From assembly GCA_963675915.1 (NCBI GenBank), contig OY780959.1:1740001-1772000 (forward strand): DNA of 32,000 bases, given 5' to 3'. The translations under genes and the position numbers were made by a program. The notes beneath the pieces are model-generated. The model was not told the origin of the DNA. It did not search any database and saw only the letters and a program-made list of their open reading frames with translations. The stretch comes from Coprobacillaceae bacterium. GTDB lineage: Bacteria; Bacillota_I; Bacilli_A; Erysipelotrichales; Coprobacillaceae. This document shows, piece after piece, positions 16,734 to 23,781 of this stretch (its first letter is position 1; every line of letters begins with the position of its first letter).

Positions 16734-18173
16734 TCACAAATATAGATTCATCAACTGTTTCAAAACTATGATTGTGTCATCTTTTGAAAACGCCAAACCA
16801 TCGTCACGCAGCGAGTCGATAAAATCGCAGAACTGTTTTCCGATTTCGGCATCATCGATATAAAAAGCGAAATTCTTGTCATTTTTTTTGAAGTCCGCCG
16901 CAAAAGAAATAATCACGCCGTCTGTTTGTGAGGGAATAATCAATAGTTCCTTAGGAAATGTAATGACATCAGAGTTGACCAGCACCAATTCATAGACACC
17001 CCGCTTGATGTCCTCAATCATCCGATTGATTATCTCGCGCCGGTCAACCGGACTGAAAATCACATCGCCAAATGGCGGCATGGAAATATTTATCCCGTTT
17101 TTGATAAATTCGATGAAGCCCTCAATAGTGCTCGCAACATGATATGATTTTTTTTTGACATCGGTTCCCAGGAATCCTGCCATATGATTGACCGAATTTT
17201 CCACATCATTGCTGTCTCGCACATAGTACTTTTCAAGCATTTCCCGGGTCAGATAATTATTGATATAAATACCCGGTTCCACGGAATAGACTGTATCAAC
17301 AGCAAAAAGCTTCTTGTATATCTGCTCATATTTCCCATTTTCTTCAAAACTATATATCAATGGCTTGAAAAGGTCAACACTGCGGTCAAACTTTTTAGCA
17401 AAAAGTTCAACCTGACTATCTCCGGATATCAAAAGTCCATTGCCCATATCATCACTGAAAATAAAGATCTTGTCGTTGACTATCATATAGTTGCTGAAAT
17501 CTCCGGCTGACAATTTCACTATTTCATTATTATAGTAGCAGCTGTATTGGCATTTTGATGATATTACCAAAGGAATCAAATACATCAGAATATTCATTGC
17601 ACTATCCCCGCTTTTTAGCGAATTCAAGGTGGTCAGATGATTAATTTGAAGATTAACGTCATAACACGAATAAAGCTCATAGAAATACGCCAACAGGAAT
17701 TCATCTTTTATATCATAAGCCAATTTGATTTTGGTTCTTTCATCATTGCACAGTGACCACGCAATAACTCTTTTCATCGCCATAATCAAAGCAATCCGAC
17801 TATCATATTGGTATATACCTTCAAAATAGGCTCCTTTACTGATAGCCGTACTTTCACAAAAATAACGATCTTCCCTGATTGAATCATAGTCAATTGTGAT
17901 CTGATCGATAAACTCTCTGATTTTGGCTCTAAATCCATATTCATCTTCACCGGTGAGATAAATATCGAAAAGCTTTTCAAACTCTTTTTCTTCCATAAAA
18001 TTGAGCTGAAGCAGACCGACCAGATTTTCAAAATCCTTGGGAGTTATTTTGATTGTCTTATCATAGATAAGTCCCAGTTCCAGCTTACTGACACCAAGGC
18101 ACTTGGCCAAATCAGCGGAAGAAACATTGCTTCTTTCAACCAAATCCTGAAGCTTATTTACAAACCTTGACAT
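16734..18173 (-). CDS. XRE-type HTH protein with a large uncharacterised C-terminal region (paralogue C, 479 aa)
   Basis: N-terminal SSADLAKCLGVSKLELGLIYDK is a helix-turn-helix. A linker helix EEKEFEKLFDIYL follows. The block YMIVNDKIFIFSDDMGNGLLISGDSQVELFAKKF is shared with the two upstream genes and reappears in degenerate form near the C-terminus (VLVNSDVITFPKE...FAFYIDDAEIGKQFCDF). AAAGGAGA RBS and an ATG lying inside the last 20 nt of the upstream gene. Confidence 0.8.
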   Translation of the reverse strand: MSRFVNKLQDLVERSNVSSADLAKCLGVSKLELGLIYDKTIKITPKDFENLVGLLQLNFMEEKEFEKLFDIYLTGEDEYGFRAKIREFIDQITIDYDSIREDRYFCESTAISKGAYFEGIYQYDSRIALIMAMKRVIAWSLCNDERTKIKLAYDIKDEFLLAYFYELYSCYDVNLQINHLTTLNSLKSGDSAMNILMYLIPLVISSKCQYSCYYNNEIVKLSAGDFSNYMIVNDKIFIFSDDMGNGLLISGDSQVELFAKKFDRSVDLFKPLIYSFEENGKYEQIYKKLFAVDTVYSVEPGIYINNYLTREMLEKYYVRDSNDVENSVNHMAGFLGTDVKKKSYHVASTIEGFIEFIKNGINISMPPFGDVIFSPVDRREIINRMIEDIKRGVYELVLVNSDVITFPKELLIIPSQTDGVIISFAADFKKNDKNFAFYIDDAEIGKQFCDFIDSLRDDGLAFSKDDTIIVLKQLMNLYL

Positions 18174-19080
18174 ATATATCTCCTTTACCGAAATACTCCT
18201 TCAGATCGTTTTGAAACTGGGTATCCAAGTGAATCAGACAGTTGCCCTTGGCAATATAATAATTGCTTTCATCACTCACAAAACTGGCTTCCGGTGAGAT
18301 ATCCATTTCATTGACAAATCCTTTTCCGCGATGTTGAACCCGAAAATACTGGTTTGCCCGATCAAGCCTTTTAAAAAAAACATTTTTAAAAAATTCAATT
18401 CTTTTAGGATTAGTGGTATATCCCAAATTATTCATCTCGTTATCATACATCAGCAGCTTATCATCAACCAGGACATAGTTGTCATAGACAGATAAATTGA
18501 TGGTCGGATCTACCGTATAATAACCTTGGTAGTTTTCGTTTTTCAAATAAGCCGCCAGCATTGAGTTCAGGTAATTGGTCTTTTTTTCAGTAGAGTTGAT
18601 GTTCTTGATTTGAATGATATTTTCACCGTTTGCCGGAAGATATGATTCCACATCCGAGGATTCTTCATTCAAGATCAAAATCCGTTGTTGGCATCCGGAA
18701 ATTTCCCCAAACACTATCTTTCTGATCTCATCGCGATCGTTGAACATCTTATAATCCAATCGTGGTTCCAACTGTTCCGGCAATCCTGTGGGCACTTGGT
18801 CAAAGTTATTGACTTGGTCGATAAACTTTTGAATCCGCAGGTTCACATGATAGATGTGGCTATATTCCCTGTTGGAGAGATAGGCCCTAATCAATTTATT
18901 CTTTTCTTCTTCATCAAAACAATCCACCGCAATAAGACAGTCGAACTTGGTCTGGTTCATTTCCGTCTCGCCATTGATTACTTTATGGAGCAGCGACCTT
19001 GAAATTCCTGATTCCCGGCTCAATTTTGATATCGAGGCACCGCTATTGGCAATAGTTGATTTCAAAACTTCAGCAAACAT
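18154..19080 (-). CDS. XRE-type HTH protein with an uncharacterised C-terminal domain (paralogue B, ~308 aa)
   Basis: HTH is ISKLSRESGISRSLLHKVINGE, linker EEKNKLIRAYLSN, shared block YVLVDDKLLMYDNEMNNLGYTTNPKRIEFFKNVFFKRL. The preferred start is ATG 19080, 5 nt after AGGAAGAG. The track uses GTG 19086. Confidence 0.8.
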   Translation of the reverse strand: MFAEVLKSTIANSGASISKLSRESGISRSLLHKVINGETEMNQTKFDCLIAVDCFDEEEKNKLIRAYLSNREYSHIYHVNLRIQKFIDQVNNFDQVPTGLPEQLEPRLDYKMFNDRDEIRKIVFGEISGCQQRILILNEESSDVESYLPANGENIIQIKNINSTEKKTNYLNSMLAAYLKNENYQGYYTVDPTINLSVYDNYVLVDDKLLMYDNEMNNLGYTTNPKRIEFFKNVFFKRLDRANQYFRVQHRGKGFVNEMDISPEASFVSDESNYYIAKGNCLIHLDTQFQNDLKEYFGKGDIYVKVCK

Positions 19081-19091
19081 ATTCACTCTTC

Positions 19092-20252
19092 CTATTCTTT
19101 TATCTGTAAATTGATGGTACTGTTGTGGGCAAAGTCCAATACATGGTTGACAAAAGTCGTATTTTTGACCACATAATATTCCCGGCTTCGCTTTCCGAAT
19201 GAAAACACCACACCCTCTTCACTCACAAAAACATAAGTGTTTTTTTCAATTTCAAGACCTACAGGAACATTTTTTTGGCGATTATCACCATTATGCTCAA
19301 ACAAGTGGTAATCCATGTCTTTCTTGATATTATAAACCGGGCAGTTTTCCAATCCCGGCAAGTCCGGTACTTGGTGAGGACTATCAGTAAAGATATACTG
19401 ATAGTGATAATCCGGAAATTTACTTTTCAGGGTAATCAGATTTTTTGAGGACATCCTGTGCACACTCGTGACTTTCTTGTAATACCTGATTAACTCCAGA
19501 TCGTGTTCAATCCTCATGCACTTGAAGTCCCGGGAAATAAACAATGCCTTATCGTTTAAAATGACATAGTAGGGAAAAATATTGAAATCACTTTCCAGCA
19601 GGAAAGCATCGAAATAATAACTGTGATATTTTTCTTTGCCAAAATATTTCAGGGTGATGATACTGTCAATGATATTGATCGAATTGAATTCCTCATTGAT
19701 CATGCTATCCTCGATATTAACCGGCACAATGTGGTTGATATTATAGTGATTTTTCAAATCAAAAACCAACTCGATAAAGAAAAAACGCAGTACTTTGTCC
19801 TTCATCGGCAGGTTGAGCGTGATATTGATTTCCCGGTCATCTTTACACCCCGATCTAATCGCCCGGATTATAGTGGTAACTACATTTAATTTCCCGAAAA
19901 CAATCTTGTTTTCGATTGAAATATTTTCAATCGGGGAGACAACTATTTGATTATGCCTGATTTTGGATAATTCAGTGATATTATTGAACATCCGGTCAAT
20001 CAAAGCGAAATTATCTAATTGGGTCTTCGACAGATTCCGACGCAAAAATGAAACTTTGAGGATCTCCTTCTGTCTTTTTGACAGACTGAGATATTCCATC
20101 AATGTTTCCAACTCCTGAAATGTCAGGTTACGCTGGCCACTCAGGCAGCGATTCAACTTGGTTCTTGAGATTCCGACATCAGCAGCAATCTTGGTCTGCG
20201 TGATTCCAGAATCATCAACAATTTGATTCAACAAGGTAGTAAATTTATTCAT
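19092..20252 (-). CDS. XRE-type HTH protein with an uncharacterised C-terminal domain (paralogue A, 386 aa)
   Basis: HTH is TQTKIAADVGISRTKLNRCLSGQR, linker KRQKEILKVSFLRR, shared block YYVILNDKALFISRDFKCMRIEHDLELIRYYKKV. GGAGA RBS 7 nt before ATG 20252. Confidence 0.8.
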   Translation of the reverse strand: MNKFTTLLNQIVDDSGITQTKIAADVGISRTKLNRCLSGQRNLTFQELETLMEYLSLSKRQKEILKVSFLRRNLSKTQLDNFALIDRMFNNITELSKIRHNQIVVSPIENISIENKIVFGKLNVVTTIIRAIRSGCKDDREINITLNLPMKDKVLRFFFIELVFDLKNHYNINHIVPVNIEDSMINEEFNSINIIDSIITLKYFGKEKYHSYYFDAFLLESDFNIFPYYVILNDKALFISRDFKCMRIEHDLELIRYYKKVTSVHRMSSKNLITLKSKFPDYHYQYIFTDSPHQVPDLPGLENCPVYNIKKDMDYHLFEHNGDNRQKNVPVGLEIEKNTYVFVSEEGVVFSFGKRSREYYVVKNTTFVNHVLDFAHNSTINLQIKE

Positions 20253-20284
20253 AAGAAATCTCCAAACTTGTAGTCTATATCTTA

Positions 20285-20313
20285 ATTTTACTAATTCTAA
20301 CCCTGACTTTCAA
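20285..20313 (-). promoter_or_regulatory. Sigma-A-like promoter of the three-gene HTH operon (TTGAAA-17 bp-TAAAAT on the minus strand)
   Basis: -35 at 20313-20308 and -10 at 20290-20285 with a 17-nt spacer. This leaves a ~25-nt leader before ATG 20252. Confidence 0.5.
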
Positions 20314-20320
20314 CCGTTAC

Positions 20321-20347
20321 AGTCAAATTCCTGTCATTAACATGTCA
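20321..20347. repeat. Three helically phased direct repeats (A/T)GTCA spaced 11 bp apart in the divergent control region
   Basis: GTCA at 20322, 20333 and 20344 (aGTCAaattccTGTCAttaacaTGTCAgaag). An inverted TGACT sits at 20304-20308, and TGTCAC recurs as the -35 of the opposing promoter (20399-20404). Confidence 0.4.
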
Positions 20348-20397
20348 GAAGTTTGAATTCCGGCTAATTCGCATATCTGCGACATTTTCAATTCCAT

Positions 20398-20427
20398 TTG
20401 TCACCAATATTGAAAATATGGTAGAAT
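20398..20427 (+). promoter_or_regulatory. Sigma-A promoter of the TPR gene: TTGTCA, 18-nt spacer, extended -10 TGgTAGAAT
   Basis: -35 at 20398-20403, TG at 20419-20420, -10 TAGAAT at 20422-20427. The track's ATG at 20426 overlaps this -10, which argues for the downstream start at 20450. Confidence 0.55.
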
Positions 20428-20449
20428 GTTAGTAAGAGAGGTGCTGCTT

Positions 20450-22132
20450 ATGGATGATATGCTGAAAAAAATCGAATATCTTGAAAATCAGCCGATGACC
20501 GATGAAACGGCCGGTGAATTGATAATTATGTACGAAGACCTCCTGCTGTCAAATAAACTGACCAAGGAAGGACAAATATTTTTTTCAATTAAATACGCCT
20601 CACTTTTGAATGCCTTTGAAGCGTACGAGGAAGCATACGAAGCTTTGGTCCATCTTGACTTAAGCGCCTTGCCCCTATCTGACAAAGCCTACATCAACAG
20701 TTTGCTTGGGAGTCTGTCATTAAAACTTAATTTTGAACAGCACTGCGAACAGTATCTGGCTGAAGGAGCCCGCGCCTACCATCAGCTTATTGAAGAGAAC
20801 GATATTTATACCTCGATGTACGCCAACGCCCTGTTGAACCTGGCCAACTATTATCATAACAAGAAAATGCATAGCCCGTTCACCGAAACCCTGGATTCCC
20901 TGAATCTCATCGATCCAATTTTACTCAAGCCAATCCAGATTCATGAGATCTGCTTCAATAATATCATTCAGGCTAACGAGATGATCAACCACGAAAAATT
21001 CAAAGAAGCCAAAGAAGCCCTTGAATATAGTGAGTTGTATCTTGACTTATTTGAATCCAAGCATAGTCGTTACTACTATCTGTATTCAGCAATCCATTAT
21101 CAGCAAAAGACCCGTTTGTTATCTAAGACCAACCTGATTACTGAGGCGATTGTCGCTGCTGAGAAGTCGGTTTCCTGTCGGATCAAGGTCTATGAAATTG
21201 ATGAAGAGAGCCAGGAAAGCCTGTCGCATTTGACCGACAGTTATCTGGCCCTGGCCACCTTGCAGCGAAACGCCAACGAGAACAAGGGTCTGATCAACTC
21301 TTTGGAAGAATCAATCAAATATCTGTTGAAATCATATCAGCCTGACGACTATCAGCTGGCACCAATCTACTTGACCTTGTGCGAGGCCCTGAGCAATGAG
21401 GACGAACACTTAAAAGTAATCGGTTCAGGATTGCAGGCTTTGGCCGCATTTGACAATTACCCCGAATCCGAAGCATATAACGATCAGTGGTTTTATGATC
21501 GGGCGATTGTCAACCGCTTGATTTCAATATCCCATCTGGGGCTGAAAAATTATCAAAGCGCCCTCGATTACAGCCTGGACGCCCTTGAAAACCTGACCCA
21601 ACTCACCAATTTGGACAGCCGCCATCACTTTATTTTGGGTAGCCAGCATTTGGTGATCGGCGAAGCGAATTATTATCTGGGCAATTTCGAAAAATCACTA
21701 CATTACCTCGATGAGGCAATTCGCCAATATGACATAATCAAAATTGTCAGTTTCCAATACATGCCGTTGATCCGGCTAAAATGTCAAAACTACCTGGCCT
21801 TGAAACAGTATCCCGAAGCCCGGATTTGCCTGGAACGGCTCAGCCAAATCCTGGAAACCGCCCCCCAGAACGACCAGGAATATCTTTGGGAGGAACAGGT
21901 TAAAACCAATAAACTCTACACGAAATATTATCAGCAACAGCAGGAATTCGACAAAGCTATCGAATACTGCCTGATAGCCCTGGATTTCAGTCGAATGCTT
22001 CAGAACATCGATGAAAGTTATCTCGAGCTAGTTCTGGTTGTTTATCAGGAACTGGCCTTTCTTTATCACGAAAACGATGATGCCAGATATCACGACATCC
22101 AGGATTTGATTGTTCAGTTAACAGAACAATAA
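20450..22132 (+). CDS. Stand-alone tetratricopeptide-repeat (TPR-like) protein, ~560 aa, no other recognisable domain
   Basis: The composition looks all-helical, with repeated TPR-like units such as LGSQHLVIGEANYYLGNFEKSLHYLDEAIRQY, YANALLNLANYYHNKKMH and LYTKYYQQQQEFDKAIEYCLIAL. There is no Walker A, no HTH, no signal peptide and no TM segment. ATG 20450 is preceded by AGAGAGGTG. Confidence 0.75.
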   Translation: MDDMLKKIEYLENQPMTDETAGELIIMYEDLLLSNKLTKEGQIFFSIKYASLLNAFEAYEEAYEALVHLDLSALPLSDKAYINSLLGSLSLKLNFEQHCEQYLAEGARAYHQLIEENDIYTSMYANALLNLANYYHNKKMHSPFTETLDSLNLIDPILLKPIQIHEICFNNIIQANEMINHEKFKEAKEALEYSELYLDLFESKHSRYYYLYSAIHYQQKTRLLSKTNLITEAIVAAEKSVSCRIKVYEIDEESQESLSHLTDSYLALATLQRNANENKGLINSLEESIKYLLKSYQPDDYQLAPIYLTLCEALSNEDEHLKVIGSGLQALAAFDNYPESEAYNDQWFYDRAIVNRLISISHLGLKNYQSALDYSLDALENLTQLTNLDSRHHFILGSQHLVIGEANYYLGNFEKSLHYLDEAIRQYDIIKIVSFQYMPLIRLKCQNYLALKQYPEARICLERLSQILETAPQNDQEYLWEEQVKTNKLYTKYYQQQQEFDKAIEYCLIALDFSRMLQNIDESYLELVLVVYQELAFLYHENDDARYHDIQDLIVQLTEQ

Positions 22133-22147
22133 CAGCGACAAAATCAT

Positions 22148-22187
22148 AAGAGCTCTGCTTTCATAATTGAAAAAGCAGAGCTCTTTT
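22148..22187. terminator. Bidirectional rho-independent terminator between the convergent TPR and aminopeptidase genes
   Basis: AAGAGCTCTGCTTT-cataattgaa-AAAGCAGAGCTCTT forms a 14-bp perfect stem flanked by A/T runs on both sides. Confidence 0.85.
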
Positions 22188-22191
22188 AGTA

Positions 22192-23424
22192 TTAAATATT
22201 TGCGTAGTTACCGTCTTTGAAGATCACCACTTCGGTCCCATCTTCAAGAGTTGCGATGATATCAAGGTCGCTTGTTCCAACCATGAAATCGACATGAGTC
22301 AATGAATTATTGATATCGACTTCGGCTTTTTGTTCCTTACTCATCCCGATACCGCCTTTGATACATTCCGCATATGAATTACCGATGGCAAAATGACATG
22401 AGGCATTCTCATCAAGCAGTGTCATATAGAATAAGGTATCAAGGTTGCTGATGGGACTGTCAAAAGGAACCAGGGCGACTTCACCCAAATAACTCGCCCC
22501 TTCATCAAGGGTAATCATATCCTTGAGTACGGATTCATTTGTTTTGGCCCCGAACTCGACAATCTTCCCATCTTCAAACTTGAAAAAGAAGTCTTCAATA
22601 AGATTGCCATTATAATTCAAAGGCATCGAAGAATAGACAATTCCGTTGACACCATGCTTTTTCGGAACCGAGAATACTTCCTCGGTTGGAATATTCGGGA
22701 AATTATATACGCCATTGTTCAAATAGCTGCCACCACCGGCAAAAAGGTAGTTATCAGGCAATTCGACAATCAAGTCGGTTCCCAGTGAATTTTTGTAGTG
22801 CAATGATTTTATTTTAAGATTATTCAAATAATCAACCCGCGATTCAAAGTTGATCTTGTTTTGTTGATAAAACGCAATCGGGTCCTCTTTGGTCGTATAG
22901 GATACTTTGAATATAGCCTGCCAAAGAGCTTCCATGGCCTCATGGGTTGCCATATCGGGATAGACTTTATTAGCCCATTCCGGTGTTGGAACAGCTCCGA
23001 TGCACCAGGCCAGATCCATGCTGTCACGCTTGTCATTGAACGGTTTAAGCACTTGCATTATCTCTTTGGTGTAGGTTGCCACCTTTTCACTGTCGCATCC
23101 TTTGAGCAATTCCGGATTGTCGCCTCTTAATGCCAGGAAACAGGCATCCTCAAGAGCCAACTCGTTTCTGAATTCACTGATATACTTTGGAACGTTTTCA
23201 AAAACTTCCTTGTCTGCATTCAAGTATTTCTGACGGGTAACAAAACAGTCTTCATACATTACCCGGACTTCTCGGGCTTGGGCCTTATAGGCTTCTTTGG
23301 TCACCTCACGGACCAGTTCAACCGCTTCAACCGGAGCTGAAATGGCTACTATCTGATCAGGTTGGACATTCAGTCCGCTTCTAACCAGCAGTTGAGCATA
23401 TTTTTTTAAATTTTCTTTAAACAT
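22192..23424 (-). CDS. pepS: Aminopeptidase, M29 family (PepS/AmpS type)
   Basis: 410 aa. The N-terminus MFKENLKKYAQLLVRSGLNVQPDQIV, then NFPNIPTEEVF and a THVDFMVG-type C-terminal block (LTHVDFMVGT), are typical of thermophilic-metalloprotease M29 aminopeptidases. GGAGG RBS. Confidence 0.85.
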   Translation of the reverse strand: MFKENLKKYAQLLVRSGLNVQPDQIVAISAPVEAVELVREVTKEAYKAQAREVRVMYEDCFVTRQKYLNADKEVFENVPKYISEFRNELALEDACFLALRGDNPELLKGCDSEKVATYTKEIMQVLKPFNDKRDSMDLAWCIGAVPTPEWANKVYPDMATHEAMEALWQAIFKVSYTTKEDPIAFYQQNKINFESRVDYLNNLKIKSLHYKNSLGTDLIVELPDNYLFAGGGSYLNNGVYNFPNIPTEEVFSVPKKHGVNGIVYSSMPLNYNGNLIEDFFFKFEDGKIVEFGAKTNESVLKDMITLDEGASYLGEVALVPFDSPISNLDTLFYMTLLDENASCHFAIGNSYAECIKGGIGMSKEQKAEVDINNSLTHVDFMVGTSDLDIIATLEDGTEVVIFKDGNYANI

Positions 23425-23447
23425 AAAGATACCTCCAAGTATGGAAT

Positions 23448-23456
23448 ATTATATCA
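23448..23456 (-). promoter_or_regulatory. Extended -10 promoter element TGATATAAT (minus strand) for pepS
   Basis: A perfect TGnTATAAT about 25 nt upstream of the pepS ATG, in the 58-bp gap after the upstream small gene. Confidence 0.5.
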
Positions 23457-23482
23457 TGTTTGATCAAATTTAACATTAAATA

Positions 23483-23674
23483 TCACTCACTTTTGACATC
23501 CTTTGTGACTACAACTTCCCCTTTATCATCAAGCAGTGGCGTGATTCCCAAGCCTGTCATTCCTTCTCTGGCAAGATAGTTGACCCCGGTTTGGGTATCG
23601 ACAATGATCTGGGCGGTTCCAATCCCGCAGTTTTCTTCAAACACTTTAACAAAACGTTTCTTGTCGGAAAACAT
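23483..23674 (-). CDS. Small conserved hypothetical protein (DUF6440-like), 63 aa
   Basis: MFSDKKRFVKVFEENCGIGTAQIIVDTQTGVNYLAREGMTGLGITPLLD resembles small DUF6440 proteins (KRF..., D..TGVNYL, G..GGLTPLLD) as I recall them. ATG 23674 is 6 nt after GGAGGTG. The track start at GTG 23683 lies inside the RBS. Confidence 0.6.
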   Translation of the reverse strand: MFSDKKRFVKVFEENCGIGTAQIIVDTQTGVNYLAREGMTGLGITPLLDDKGEVVVTKDVKSE

Positions 23675-23752
23675 GTTTTCCACCTCCTACCCACAGTATA
23701 CGCCTGCTGTTACCAAAAAACAACAACACAATTGTCCATCAATTCCAAGCCA

Positions 23753-23781
23753 ATAAAAAAATCCCGAAAAAATCGGGATTA
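23753..23781 (-). terminator. Rho-independent terminator after the AEC transporter gene
   Basis: The minus strand reads AATCCCGA-ttttt-TCGGGATT followed by TTTTTTT. The stem overlaps the stop codon. Confidence 0.8.

Noticed and set aside
20323-20385. 20-codon minus-strand sORF (MSQICELAGIQTSDMLMTGI) in the HTH/TPR divergent region.
   Set aside because: It has no SD, is not hydrophobic or secretion-like, and lies upstream of the mapped candidate promoter for that strand. It also overlaps the phased GTCA repeats, which explain the sequence better.
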